64,000 bases of DNA from Kiritimatiellia bacterium. Lineage in GTDB: Bacteria; Verrucomicrobiota; Kiritimatiellia; RFP12; JAAYLN01. The notes beneath the pieces were generated by a model. The model was not told the origin of the DNA, ran no database searches, and worked only from the letters and a program-made list of their open reading frames with translations. Made by a program: the position numbers and the translations under genes. This document shows, piece by piece, positions 17,201-27,259 of the stretch. The DNA lies in NCBI GenBank assembly GCA_017962605.1, contig JAGCUY010000001.1, positions 27,880-91,879 on the forward strand, in the 5' to 3' direction. Position 1 is the stretch's first letter. Each line of letters starts with the position of its first letter.

Positions 17201-18643
17201 TTGGCGCGAAAGCGAAAGGACGCAGACATGGTTGGCAGACTTGATGAACAGAAGGAACTGAATCGGCTGTTTGATTCCCGGGAATCGGAATTCGTGGCGC
17301 TATACGGGCGCAGAAGGGTCGGAAAGACATATCTTGTGCGAGAGGTCTTCGAGGGCCGCTTCGCCTTCTGCCATACTGGCAAGTCCGGCGTGGGACTGCG
17401 GGGGCAACTTGCGCATTTTCGGAAATCACTGGAGGAATGGGGCGGCGTTTGCGCGACCGCGCCGAAAAGCTGGGATGAGGCGTTCGACCGCCTGAAAAAG
17501 GTGGTCGCCGCATCGCGGGAGCCGAAAAAAGTCGTGTTCATCGACGAGATGCCGTGGATGGACACGCCCCGTTCGCATTGCCTCTCCGCGCTGGAATCGT
17601 TCTGGAACGAATGGGCGTCCGCGCGCAAGGACGTCCTGCTCATCGTTTGCGGTTCGGCGGCATCGTGGATGGTGAAAAACCTTTTCCGCAACCGCGGCGG
17701 ACTTCACAACCGGGTCACGGCCCGCATCGCGCTGATGCCGTTCACGCTTTCCGAGTGCGAGAAATATGCGGCCGAGCGGGGACTCGCCATGAGCCGGGAC
17801 GACATCGCCGAATGCTTCATGGTTTTCGGCGGAATTCCCTACTACTGGCGAAACCTTCGCCCCGGCGCGAGCCTTGCGCAGAACATCGACGCGATGCTGT
17901 TCCGTCAGAACGCCCCGATGAGAGGGGAGTTTGGCGAACTCTACAAATCCCTGTTCGGCAATAGCGCGGCGCACGAGAAGGTCGTCGCCGCCCTTGCCGG
18001 AAAGAAATCCGGCATGACCCGATCCGAAATTTCAGAGGCCGTCGGCGACGGCATGAAGGGAATGCTGACGGATGTCTTGGAAAATCTCGAATGCAGCGGG
18101 TTCGTCGGCCACTCGCGGATGCTCGGCAGGCGGAAACGCGACACCGTGTTCCGCCTCCTTGACAATTTCACGCTTTTCCACTTCCGTTTTCTTGTCAATC
18201 CCCCGACAAGCCCGCGCTTTTGGGAAACCACCGTCCTTTCGCCAACCCGCGCGGCATGGCGCGGGCTTGCGTTTGAAGGACTCTGCCTTCAGCACGTCCC
18301 GCAGATCCTGAACGCGCTGGGCGTCTCAGGAGTCCATGCCGAGGCGTATGCATGGAGGCACATCCCCGACGCGGAATGCCCCATAGGCGCCCAAATCGAC
18401 CTTGTTATCGACCGCGCAGACGGTGTCGTCAATGTCTGTGAAATGAAATACACCCGTGATGCATACATGATCGACTCCAAGGCGGAGAAAAAGCTGGCGG
18501 AGAAATTGTCCGTTTTTTCCGCCGTCGCGAAAACCCGCAAGGCAGTTCATTTGACGATGGTATCGGCTCATGGTCTTCTCAAAAACATCCATTCCAGCCG
18601 CGTCCAGTCCATGGTAACGCTGGATGACCTGTTCAAGGCGTAG
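17201..18643 (+). CDS. Arch_ATPase-type P-loop NTPase with a C-terminal DUF234/PD-(D/E)XK-like region
   Basis: Walker A YGRRRVGKTYL, Walker B VVFIDEMPW. C-terminal DLVIDRADGVVNVCEMKY (D..E.K). Confidence 0.7.
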   Translation: MARKRKDADMVGRLDEQKELNRLFDSRESEFVALYGRRRVGKTYLVREVFEGRFAFCHTGKSGVGLRGQLAHFRKSLEEWGGVCATAPKSWDEAFDRLKKVVAASREPKKVVFIDEMPWMDTPRSHCLSALESFWNEWASARKDVLLIVCGSAASWMVKNLFRNRGGLHNRVTARIALMPFTLSECEKYAAERGLAMSRDDIAECFMVFGGIPYYWRNLRPGASLAQNIDAMLFRQNAPMRGEFGELYKSLFGNSAAHEKVVAALAGKKSGMTRSEISEAVGDGMKGMLTDVLENLECSGFVGHSRMLGRRKRDTVFRLLDNFTLFHFRFLVNPPTSPRFWETTVLSPTRAAWRGLAFEGLCLQHVPQILNALGVSGVHAEAYAWRHIPDAECPIGAQIDLVIDRADGVVNVCEMKYTRDAYMIDSKAEKKLAEKLSVFSAVAKTRKAVHLTMVSAHGLLKNIHSSRVQSMVTLDDLFKA

Positions 18644-18659
18644 TCACAAATAGTCGCCC

Positions 18660-19868
18660 ATGAAAAAAAACGCATCGTCCAATTCCTCTCCCGTATCCCG
18701 GCGCGTCCTGTTCCTCGGGGACTTCGCATACTCCTCTGTCAGGGCCGTCGTGTCGGGAGTCATCAGGGCCTTTTCCAGCCACCCGGAGGTGGAACTTGTC
18801 ATCCACGGCGCCCATCCCGCCGACAACGACCGCAACTACGCCACCACCCCAGACGTGGACGGCATCATAACCTGCATGGGCATACGCGAGGCGTTCGCCA
18901 GACGGCTTGCTGCGGCCCGGAACCGCTGCCCGATTGCATTTGTCAGCAAACCATGCGACTTGCCGTCTGCGCGCCGCCGCTCCCTCTCGCTCGTCTGTGA
19001 CGACGCAGCCATTGCCGAAACGGCCGCCGCGCTGCTGGTGCGGCACGACCTGACGGAGTTCGGCTATGTCGGCTCGCGCCTCAGCGCGGCTGAAGCCGGA
19101 TGGGATGCCGTGCGGCGCGAGGCCTTCGTCAAGGCGCTCGACGCGCGCGGCTTTTCTGCGCATGTTTACGAACCCACGCCCCGGCGGGCCGGATCAAAGG
19201 TCGAGGTCGCGGCCCTCGCCGACTGGCTCCTTGCGCTCCCCAAGCCCTGCGGCCTCTTCGTCTCCTACGACCAGAGGGCGATGCGTGTGCTGAATGTCTG
19301 CCGCGCAAAGGGAATCGCCGTCCCGGAGCAGATTCAGATTGTCGGCGTGGACAACGAGCCGTGGATTTGCGAAAGCACCTCGCCGACGCTCTCCTCAATC
19401 GAGCCCGACTTCGAGAGCTGTGGCCACCGTGCGGCGGAGGCGCTGCTTGAGATGATGGACGGCGCGCCAGGGGGGAGGACGGAGACCTTCGGCGTGCGGC
19501 GCGTCGTGCAGCGGATGTCAACGACGGATGCGCATGGCAGCGCCAGCAGGGCCGTCCGCGCCCGCGATTGGATACGGCGCAACGCCGGGGAGCCGCTTAC
19601 GGTGGCGCAGCTGGCGAAAAGCATGTGCTGCTCCGTGCGGACGCTCCAGCTGAGCTACAAGACAGTGTTCGGCACGACGGTATGGGAGGACATTGCCGAA
19701 GCGAGGATGGAGAAGGCGCAGCGGCTGCTGGCGGAGACGAAGACGCCCATAGGCGAAATTCCGGAACTGGTGGGATTCGAGTCCGCGCACCACTTCTCGC
19801 AATTCTTCAAGGCCCGCACGGGGATGTCCATGTCGCAGTTCCGCCGCCGCGCTAGGGGCGGGGCATGA
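18660..19868 (+). CDS. XylR-like hybrid transcriptional regulator (periplasmic-binding-protein-like sugar-sensor domain plus C-terminal AraC-type HTH)
   Basis: N-terminal LacI/PBP-like fold with a C-terminal AraC HTH (LAKSMCCSVRTLQLSYKTVFGTTVWEDIAEARMEKAQRLL...). Paralogs at 36674-37879 and 46534-47736. Confidence 0.7.
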   Translation: MKKNASSNSSPVSRRVLFLGDFAYSSVRAVVSGVIRAFSSHPEVELVIHGAHPADNDRNYATTPDVDGIITCMGIREAFARRLAAARNRCPIAFVSKPCDLPSARRRSLSLVCDDAAIAETAAALLVRHDLTEFGYVGSRLSAAEAGWDAVRREAFVKALDARGFSAHVYEPTPRRAGSKVEVAALADWLLALPKPCGLFVSYDQRAMRVLNVCRAKGIAVPEQIQIVGVDNEPWICESTSPTLSSIEPDFESCGHRAAEALLEMMDGAPGGRTETFGVRRVVQRMSTTDAHGSASRAVRARDWIRRNAGEPLTVAQLAKSMCCSVRTLQLSYKTVFGTTVWEDIAEARMEKAQRLLAETKTPIGEIPELVGFESAHHFSQFFKARTGMSMSQFRRRARGGA

Positions 19869-19872
19869 CTAT

Positions 19873-20247
19873 TTAGCCATTTGGCGGGGCATTGAGGATT
19901 TTCTTCAATTCCTTGTCAAATGTTAGAATTGAATCGCCGCACACGGCATGATAGGCGGCAAGAATGCAATCGACGAAATCAATTTTCCGTGTTCCGAACA
20001 TGGTGAGCGCATTGCGAAGGACATCCCGGTTCTCGCAATCCACTTCATCGATGAAACTGGCAAGCCTTGATGCCACATCTGTCCGTGGCACCGCATAAAC
20101 GCCGCAAAGGACATAGACAACTTCAGCTAGAACTTCAGGAAGCAAATAGGCCCCATATTCAATAGCCGACTTGGCCGTGGCGGCCATTTCGGCGTTGTCG
20201 TTCAGCAGATACCGCAGCACGGCGTTTGCATCAAGAAGAATGCGCAT
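19873..20247 (-). CDS. PIN-domain (VapC-like) toxin
   Basis: MRILLDANAVLRYLLNDN... with acidic residues typical of PIN. Overlaps the upstream RHH gene. Confidence 0.65.
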   Translation of the reverse strand: MRILLDANAVLRYLLNDNAEMAATAKSAIEYGAYLLPEVLAEVVYVLCGVYAVPRTDVASRLASFIDEVDCENRDVLRNALTMFGTRKIDFVDCILAAYHAVCGDSILTFDKELKKILNAPPNG

Positions 20248-20518
20248 GCTTCAACTCCATCGCCCGCGCGAATGCGCTCTTTTCCTTCCCACGCAATTTC
20301 GGATTCGCGAAACTTGCGAATGAGCCGAAAGATTTCGCCGCTACGCGCCTGGGCCTCCCCATGTGTGGCGTGAAGGGCATGCCCTCATCTATCACGCTTT
20401 GACGCGTAAAAATGCGAACGGCCTCGGTGAGTGAGGTGCCGAGACTGCGATAAACGGCCTCGGCAGCCTCTTTCAAGTCCGAGTCGATTCGAATTTGCAG
20501 CACAGATTCTTTAGCCAT
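20231..20518 (-). CDS. RelB/DinJ-type ribbon-helix-helix antitoxin
   Basis: MAKESVLQIRIDSDLKEAAEAVYRSLGTSLTEAVRIFTRQ is typical of DinJ/RelB. Start at M12 of the track ORF. Overlaps the PIN gene by about 17 nt. Confidence 0.6.
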   Translation of the reverse strand: MAKESVLQIRIDSDLKEAAEAVYRSLGTSLTEAVRIFTRQSVIDEGMPFTPHMGRPRRVAAKSFGSFASFANPKLRGKEKSAFARAMELKHAHSS

Positions 20519-20717
20519 TCCACTTCTCCTTTTGGAAAACGATAATATCACATTTGCATTTCAATTGCAACACAACAGCAATCCCCATCACTTCATTCAG
20601 GCGTCACGAAAATAGCAAATTTGGACTTCTGTGACTTTTTCGGACATCGTAAAAAATCACAAAAAAGCAAAAAAGCCACTTTCGTGATTGTTTTAGTTCC
20701 CGCGATGGTCACCCTGA

Positions 20718-21932
20718 CTAGTACAGGAATCCAAAGAGCCAAAGAGGAATTTTGTTGCCAAATCCAATTTCAATGTCATCCGCGACGACAAAACTGTCTG
20801 GCAAATCCTTAACCTGTCCGAAGCCCTTCCCTGGTCCGCCGACCTCGAAAAGCCATCTCCCATCGACTATAAAATCGCCTTGCGGTGGATATTTGACATC
20901 ATGGCCAGCGCCGCGCAGCTGATTTAGGAAAAACGCCTCGCGGAGCGTTCCTGTGTCCACACTGCTGACGAGTGCGAACATCATGTTTGGATTGTCGGGA
21001 TAGATTTTGTCTGGGCGTGAAAGATTCTTCAAGGACGCCTTTTCGGATTTCAGTTGCTGTATGAGGGCTGCCCGCTCGAGAATGTCGAGCATTGTCAGCC
21101 CCTGGGCGCGGGTTGTCTGGATTTCGGCACAGAGGGCGTTCATCTTCGGTAATTGCGGGCATGATTCCGAGAGCACCATCAGCATCCGCTTGATTTTCCG
21201 AATGGTCGCCGGCGTCACATCCTCGACTGCAGGAAGGTCGCTTTCGAGGGTCTGGTTGACGACGTCGTTCAACCGTTCCCCGTAAAGGCTGTGGACAGAT
21301 TTGTAGAACGGGTAAAATCCGGCCTTCTCATACTTGGCGAAATGCGGGAGAATCTTGACGGATGCGGCGATGTCGCCCGCCAGCTCCCTGTGGTTGGAAA
21401 CTATGTCTTCAAGCGTGACGGCTGGGAAGGAGGCGCCCCCTTCAAATTCAAGGTATTCGCGGAAGGAAAGCCCCTGTAAGTTGTAAACGGCCTGCCTACG
21501 CGAAAGATCGGCCTTGCCGCGCTCGATTTTCAATAGGCTGGACCCTGAATATGCGATGTCAATGTCGCCGTATTCATCCGACAGGTTCTTGATGACGCGC
21601 TGCCATTCGGCCATGTGGTGAATTTCGTCGACGAAGAGTCTGACGAGTCCGTGTGAGTGCATGTAGGCGGCGACATCTGTCAGCGAATGTGTGGAGAACC
21701 ACAAGTCGTCTGCTGAGACGTAAAGGGCGTCGTGCCTTTTCTTGCGCCTATACTCCTCAATGTAGTGCTGGAGCAGCATGGTGGTCTTCCCCGTGCCTCT
21801 TGCTCCCTTTATGCAGATAAGGTGGTCGCGCCAATCAACTTTAGCGCAAAGGTAGCGGTGGAAACCGGTTTCGATCTGCCTTGATCGATGCTCCATGGCA
21901 TCGAAGAGCCGTTGCATTTCCGAATCGTTCAT
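20718..21932 (-). CDS. AAA_14/DUF4143-type ATPase (ATP-binding protein)
   Basis: Walker A GARGTGKTTML, Walker B LFVDEIHH. Length and C-terminal region fit the DUF4143 family. Confidence 0.7.
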   Translation of the reverse strand: MNDSEMQRLFDAMEHRSRQIETGFHRYLCAKVDWRDHLICIKGARGTGKTTMLLQHYIEEYRRKKRHDALYVSADDLWFSTHSLTDVAAYMHSHGLVRLFVDEIHHMAEWQRVIKNLSDEYGDIDIAYSGSSLLKIERGKADLSRRQAVYNLQGLSFREYLEFEGGASFPAVTLEDIVSNHRELAGDIAASVKILPHFAKYEKAGFYPFYKSVHSLYGERLNDVVNQTLESDLPAVEDVTPATIRKIKRMLMVLSESCPQLPKMNALCAEIQTTRAQGLTMLDILERAALIQQLKSEKASLKNLSRPDKIYPDNPNMMFALVSSVDTGTLREAFFLNQLRGAGHDVKYPPQGDFIVDGRWLFEVGGPGKGFGQVKDLPDSFVVADDIEIGFGNKIPLWLFGFLY

Positions 21933-22311
21933 GATTACAATCCTAGAAGAAAAAAACTTTTGAGAGTCTCTTTTTGCCGAATAAACGACTTTACAAGGTT
22001 CTTTTTTTTGTCAAAAAAGATTTTGTAAGGTTGATATTTGTAATTCAACCATGTTTCTCGGAAATTGTCAAATGCTGTCATCAGCCAGGCGGCAGTGCGA
22101 TTCATCATGGTTTTCCGCCAATTGCGCCACTTCTCTCGGCACAAAAACTGCAAAACTCCGTTTTTGTGCCGAAGGCGAAAGTCCTCCTATGCCAGATGCC
22201 CAGGCACCCCCTGCGTGGAGGAGTGGAAGTTGTCTCGCTGACTTTGTCCGCGCTAGTCGAACTCCACGAGCAGGAACAAGTGCGGTGGCTGCATCCCCGC
22301 CGTTGCCGGAA

Positions 22312-24261
22312 CTAGCCCGCGCACAATGGCCGCAGAAAATAGACTCGCGTCTCGCCCAATTTCAGGTTCTCGACAATTTCGCGGACGTTCCTTTGCGCCG
22401 GTGTGGCCCCGAAAATTTCACGCACGTCGCACGTTGTCGGCAAATGGATCGTCTTTTCGCCGTCAGACGACGCATGGAGCATGACATAGCCGCGACCGGC
22501 GGAGAGGATGTCGTCCGTTTCCATCCAGACGTGTGTCCCCGCTTCGCGGAACGCCTCCCGCAGTGCGGCGGCCGTCGGTGGCAGTGGGAATAACACATTT
22601 CGCGCCCCGTCGCGCTCGACTGTCGCAAACTGTCCCCGGTGTCTGACTCCGGCACCCGTCGGCTCCAGCATCCATGACACGAACATGCAGTGTCCAAGAG
22701 GGCGACGTTCAAGCGACATGCCAGTCATATCCTCGACATTCGCCTTGTCTCCCACGCCGTTGTGAAAGAAGCCAGGAGCGAAAATCCAGACGGCGGTCTT
22801 TCCTTTGCGGCCCACGCGCTCCTTGATTTTCGCCCGCATCGCCTCCGACAGCGTAAACGCATTGGGGAACACATAGACTCTGTAGTCCGGCAGACGCGGG
22901 TCGGCGATGTCCGACAGCTCGTAGGAGTCGAAGGGAACGCCCGCCGAGGGCAGCACGTCCGCATGGAGGCGCATCCTGCACTGCCGCCAGAACTCGGCGA
23001 CGGGCGCTCCCTCGCTTGTCGCAGGTTCGTCGGCCGACGTGAACACCGCCACTTCCGCCGGTCTCCAGATCGCCGTGGACATTGTTTCACGCTCCTCTTC
23101 GGTGCCGATCCGTATCGACTCCATCAGCTCCGGCGCGGAGAAGGTGTCATTGCCGCCCAGCAGGAACCACCAGTTCTCCCAGCCGCCGGCCAGGCACTTC
23201 CCAATGGAGCGGCGGACTATTCCAACCGCCTCGTCGAGCGGGTGCCGCCGGATGCCGGACGACTGGTTCGGCAGGGAGAGGAAGGTTCTAAGGTCGGATT
23301 CCTCGTAGTAAACCCGGCCATGAAGGCGATAGGTCGCCTGGAAATGGGCCTGGGAGCGCCCCGAACGGCCTGGCTCCCGCGTCTCGGAGTAGTGCGGGGG
23401 TGCTGCGAAGAAATCGACCTGCCCCGACTCGATGATGCGCATCATCTTCTCGTGCGAGAGCCACGGGTACCCGAAGAACGCGCCGACGAGCTTGCGGCCG
23501 CGCGTGAGTTCTTTGACGCACGCCGCGGCGTCGATGCAGGCGTCTGCCACGGCGGAGGCCGCTTCCGCGATCTTCGCGTGGCGTTCCCTGTCGACTTGAT
23601 ATTCGGGCATCGGATTCCGCGTGTCCGCCCTATCCGCAGGGGTCGCCAGGAAGTTGAGCACCTTTTGCCCGAGTTCGAGCCATTCGCCGCAATGGAATGC
23701 GCCGAGGTGGTAGCCGACGATGCGGTCGGCGTAGTCGGACTGTTCGACGTGGGCGACCATGTCCGCGAGCATTCGCCGGTAGAGGGCGCGCCACGCCCGC
23801 GACGAGGCCTTGGCGCAAGCGTCGTCCTCCATCTCCTCAGGATGGGCAGCCGCCCATTTCGGCGGCGGGTCGATTTTGATGCGCGGGAAGATGTAGCTGT
23901 CAGGAGCCGCCGCGAGAAGCGCGCGGGCAAGCGCGTCGAAAAGGTTGAAGTTGTATTCGCCGTCTCCGAGCCACCACCGGCGCGTCGCGTAGCGGGAGTC
24001 GGTCATCGTCCAGACATCGCTGGAAAACAAGACTCCCGCCTCGCGGAAGGCCCGCAACTGCGCCTCGGCGTCGCCGGGGTTCCCCTGCGGGCGCGGCATC
24101 ACGGCTGTCGCCGCCATGGGGTTGCCGTCGATTGCGAAGCGCGGGACGCCGGCCACCTCGATGATCGAGGCCGAGAAATCGCCTGGCGAAGTCTTCTGCA
24201 TGCCGGCACCCGCGCGAACGTTGGCGACAGCATTGCCGATGTTGCCGCAATCATTGAGCAT
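22312..24261 (-). CDS. Putative glycoside hydrolase, family unassigned (TIM-barrel-like; paralog of 41437-43848)
   Basis: Colinear similarity to 41437-43848 (...RIVGYHLGAFHCGEW... versus ...RIVGIHLGGYHDAQF...). Start at M17 behind AAGGAGACAACGAG-ATG. No signal peptide. Confidence 0.45.
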   Translation of the reverse strand: MLNDCGNIGNAVANVRAGAGMQKTSPGDFSASIIEVAGVPRFAIDGNPMAATAVMPRPQGNPGDAEAQLRAFREAGVLFSSDVWTMTDSRYATRRWWLGDGEYNFNLFDALARALLAAAPDSYIFPRIKIDPPPKWAAAHPEEMEDDACAKASSRAWRALYRRMLADMVAHVEQSDYADRIVGYHLGAFHCGEWLELGQKVLNFLATPADRADTRNPMPEYQVDRERHAKIAEAASAVADACIDAAACVKELTRGRKLVGAFFGYPWLSHEKMMRIIESGQVDFFAAPPHYSETREPGRSGRSQAHFQATYRLHGRVYYEESDLRTFLSLPNQSSGIRRHPLDEAVGIVRRSIGKCLAGGWENWWFLLGGNDTFSAPELMESIRIGTEEERETMSTAIWRPAEVAVFTSADEPATSEGAPVAEFWRQCRMRLHADVLPSAGVPFDSYELSDIADPRLPDYRVYVFPNAFTLSEAMRAKIKERVGRKGKTAVWIFAPGFFHNGVGDKANVEDMTGMSLERRPLGHCMFVSWMLEPTGAGVRHRGQFATVERDGARNVLFPLPPTAAALREAFREAGTHVWMETDDILSAGRGYVMLHASSDGEKTIHLPTTCDVREIFGATPAQRNVREIVENLKLGETRVYFLRPLCAG

Positions 24262-24318
24262 CTCGTTGTCTCCTTGTTCCGCTAGGGTCATCACAAAGCC
24301 AGCCGTCACGGCACTTCC

Positions 24319-25353
24319 TCAAATCGTCACTGTCAATGACGGATTGTCTGAGACCCCGCCTCCAAACAAAGAGACCGAAACCATGTTAGGATTCGATTCG
24401 ACGAGGGCGAATCCGGCACCATCGAAATGTCGGTAGGCGGCGAGACCTTTGCGGAACGGTGCGAAGAACAACGCCGCGTCGGTGCGGCCTTCTCGTTCAA
24501 AGGAACGCCCGTATTCGTCAGGAGAGGAGTAAACAGGGCGCAGCGAGGGTTCGCCTCCATCCCACAGCGACGAAAAATGAAGCTGGACGATTCTTCCGCC
24601 GTCTTCGTCGCGCCAGTCGATGAAGCCGTTCGTGTGGACATGGCCGCACAGGACGATGGCATGGCGTCTTGCGAGAAGCCGCAAGGCTTCCATGCGCTCG
24701 GCGTCCCTCTCCGGTTCGCCGAGGAAAATCGAGCGGTAACTCAGACCATAATAACAGGGGATGACAGGATGGTGGAGGGCGACGAAAAGTCGGCGGCAGT
24801 TCGTCGTTTCCGTGATGAGACGCGGTAGCGCCGCGAAGGTTTCGTCGGGCGCATTGGAGTCGAGGAGGACCAAGGCGTCGTCGCCAAGGGGGATGGCGCG
24901 GTTGGCCGGAGGAACGTTGTGCGCCCACGCCTCGGGGCCTTCTTCGCCGCGCGTGTCGTGGTTGCCGGGGACAACCGCGAGCGACACGCCGGAAAGCGCA
25001 CTTTCCAGGCGATCCATGGCCCCTGCGATTAACGCCTCATGTTTCGCGACGCCACCCGCCTCCTCGCCACCAACGAGGTCTCCGATCTGAAGCGCCAGCG
25101 CGGCACTGAAATCGCGGGCGACGCGCCCAGCGGCGGCAAGAAGGCGCGGGATACCGCCCGGGCGCCACAATGCGGCGCGCTCCGAATCGGCACTCTCCGT
25201 ATAGTGCAAGTCGCCAAGGACAACGATTCTTTCAACCTTCCCCATGTCGTATTTGAAAAGGTTCCTGACATCCACGGCGTTGGTGTGCCACGGAACATCT
25301 GTGGCCACGCAATAGCCGTCTGCGTTCTTCGGCATCCGTGACTGCGCGTCCAT
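24319..25353 (-). CDS. Calcineurin-like metallophosphoesterase
   Basis: VVLGDLHYTE, GNHD and GHVH motifs. Confidence 0.7.
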   Translation of the reverse strand: MDAQSRMPKNADGYCVATDVPWHTNAVDVRNLFKYDMGKVERIVVLGDLHYTESADSERAALWRPGGIPRLLAAAGRVARDFSAALALQIGDLVGGEEAGGVAKHEALIAGAMDRLESALSGVSLAVVPGNHDTRGEEGPEAWAHNVPPANRAIPLGDDALVLLDSNAPDETFAALPRLITETTNCRRLFVALHHPVIPCYYGLSYRSIFLGEPERDAERMEALRLLARRHAIVLCGHVHTNGFIDWRDEDGGRIVQLHFSSLWDGGEPSLRPVYSSPDEYGRSFEREGRTDAALFFAPFRKGLAAYRHFDGAGFALVESNPNMVSVSLFGGGVSDNPSLTVTI

Positions 25354-25354
25354 G

Positions 25355-25816
25355 TCACTTGACGTCCGGCTTCGTTCCGCCCAGGCCGACGGGCTGGTTC
25401 CAGTAGTTTGAGATCGAACCCCACTGCCAGAGGAAGTGCTTGAGCTGCCCCCGGAACTCCTCGTCCGGCACGAGCGCCATTTCCTTGTAGAATTTCGAGC
25501 ACAGACGGTTCACGCCGCGCGCGGGCGCCTTCTCCATGATCCAGCCGCCGTTGACGCCGGCCTCGAAGTAGAACGGCGATTCGGTGAAGAGGAAGGGGGC
25601 GAAGTGCTTCCGCATCGAAAGGTAGCAGGCCTGGCGGAGGTCGAGCGCGTCGTATCTGGGATGTGCGGCGGCGTAGGCGTCGAGGTCGGCGTTGATCGCC
25701 TTCTCCGACGCGGCGTAGGCGGGGTCCTTGCAGCGCTCGTGGCACTCGTCGGGGTGAAACGCCCTCAGTTGCGCACGAAGGGCGGAATGTTTTTCGCCAA
25801 AACAAGTGTTGCTCAT
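25355..25816 (-). CDS. Hypothetical 153-aa protein with an N-terminal Cys/His cluster (C..HPDECHERC)
   Basis: Only the 3' 153 codons of track ORF 25355-26557 are credible; the rest is an Arg-rich out-of-frame shadow of GH13. ATG overlaps the GH13 stop (ATGA). Its stop overlaps the phosphoesterase start. Confidence 0.45.
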   Translation of the reverse strand: MSNTCFGEKHSALRAQLRAFHPDECHERCKDPAYAASEKAINADLDAYAAAHPRYDALDLRQACYLSMRKHFAPFLFTESPFYFEAGVNGGWIMEKAPARGVNRLCSKFYKEMALVPDEEFRGQLKHFLWQWGSISNYWNQPVGLGGTKPDVK

Positions 25817-27228
25817 GCCATCTTCTCCATCTTCCACTCCGACGGGGCGAAATCGACGTCCCCGCGTCCGTCGATCCGCACTCGGACAGGCTTGCTCGTG
25901 AGATTTACGGCGCAGAACCAGCGGCTCCCGCCGCCCGGAGAGACCTTTTCGTAGCTCAGGACGGCATCCTGCGCGCTGTTGTCGATCCATCGCAGTTCGG
26001 CGTCTGTCGAGAATGCGTCGTCGTCGCGGCGGAGCGCCGCGAACTTGCGCACGAAGTCGAGCCGCCGCCGCCCTTCGGGGAAATCCCGGGCCACCCAGTC
26101 GATCGGCGTCCATGTGCGCATGCGCTGGAACGACTTGTCGGCGAATTCGTTCCCGTTGAAGAGGAACGGCACGCCGTCCGAGGTGAAGCACCAGAAGAGC
26201 GCGGCCTCGGTGAGGCGGGTTCCCCAGCGCTCGTCCGAATCGCCGCGCGGACCCTTGTTCTGGGAGGCGTCCGTCTCGTCGTGGTTTTCCACGAATCGCA
26301 GGAACCGCGCGCCCTTTTCGCAGTGGCTCCGCTTGAGTTCCCACTGGTGCCGGATTTCCGAAATCGGCCCGTCCTCGTCCAGACCGCACCTGAGCGCGCT
26401 TTTCCCCGGCCAGTCGTAGCAGCAGTCGAATGCGTGGCACTGCTCCCCGGGCCGTCCGTAGCCCTCGCATATCAGCACGACGTCCGGCTTGATTGCCGAA
26501 AGCCGGCGGCGCGCCTCCTCCCAGAAGTCGAGCGGCTGCGTCTCCGCCACGTCGCACCTGAAGCCATCGACGTCAACATCGGCGACGAGATAGGTGAGAA
26601 CGGCCAGGAGGTATTCGCGAAGTCCCCTGCTCGCGAAGTTCAGCGCCGGATAGCCCCACTTGCCAAGGCGGACCGATCCATCGGCCTCCCGCTCCACCCA
26701 GTCGCGGTTGCGGCCGATCAGGACCGCCGACGGCCCGCAGTGGAAAAACACCACGTCGAACAGGACTTTCATGCCTAGCCGGTGCGCCTCCCGGACGAAC
26801 TCCGCCCGGTCCTCGTCCGTGCCGAATTCGGGGTCGGTGTGGAAGTAGTCCTTGGTGCGGTAGAAACCCTTCGGCTGCGAGTGCCATTCCATGGCCAATC
26901 CGTCGAGACTGTCGTCGAGGACATTGACCGGCATGAGATAGACGATGCCTGCGCCCGCGTCCTTCACGAGCGGAAGCTTCGCCGTAGCCGCCTTCAGCGT
27001 CCCCTCGCGGGTGAAGGCCCGGGGCTGCACCTGGTAGATGTAGCCGCGCCTGAACCATTCAGGCGAAATGCGCGCCGCCTCCGTCGCGAACCGCGTGGAT
27101 TTCATGGCCTTCAAATACTCGTCGCAGTCGTTCTGGTTTGCCGGGACGGGTTCGGGCCAATCTCCGGCGCCGAGACTGGAAAGTCGCGTGTTTACGTCTA
27201 TTGGCGTGTTCATGGTTGTTGCATTCAT
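25813..27228 (-). CDS. GH13 alpha-amylase-family enzyme
   Basis: GFRCDVA (region II catalytic Asp), NHD and ICEGY regions. About 470 aa when started at MNATTMNT. An alternative start at 27213 is possible. Confidence 0.7.
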   Translation of the reverse strand: MNATTMNTPIDVNTRLSSLGAGDWPEPVPANQNDCDEYLKAMKSTRFATEAARISPEWFRRGYIYQVQPRAFTREGTLKAATAKLPLVKDAGAGIVYLMPVNVLDDSLDGLAMEWHSQPKGFYRTKDYFHTDPEFGTDEDRAEFVREAHRLGMKVLFDVVFFHCGPSAVLIGRNRDWVEREADGSVRLGKWGYPALNFASRGLREYLLAVLTYLVADVDVDGFRCDVAETQPLDFWEEARRRLSAIKPDVVLICEGYGRPGEQCHAFDCCYDWPGKSALRCGLDEDGPISEIRHQWELKRSHCEKGARFLRFVENHDETDASQNKGPRGDSDERWGTRLTEAALFWCFTSDGVPFLFNGNEFADKSFQRMRTWTPIDWVARDFPEGRRRLDFVRKFAALRRDDDAFSTDAELRWIDNSAQDAVLSYEKVSPGGGSRWFCAVNLTSKPVRVRIDGRGDVDFAPSEWKMEKMA

Positions 27229-27259
27229 TGTGTCGTTTGGAAACGCCGGGAGAAACCCT

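Noticed and set aside
25355-26557. 400-aa ORF overlapping GH13 on the same strand.
   Set aside because: The first ~245 residues are an Arg-rich out-of-frame read of GH13. Only the last 153 codons, beginning at an ATG that overlaps the GH13 stop, look like a real gene.
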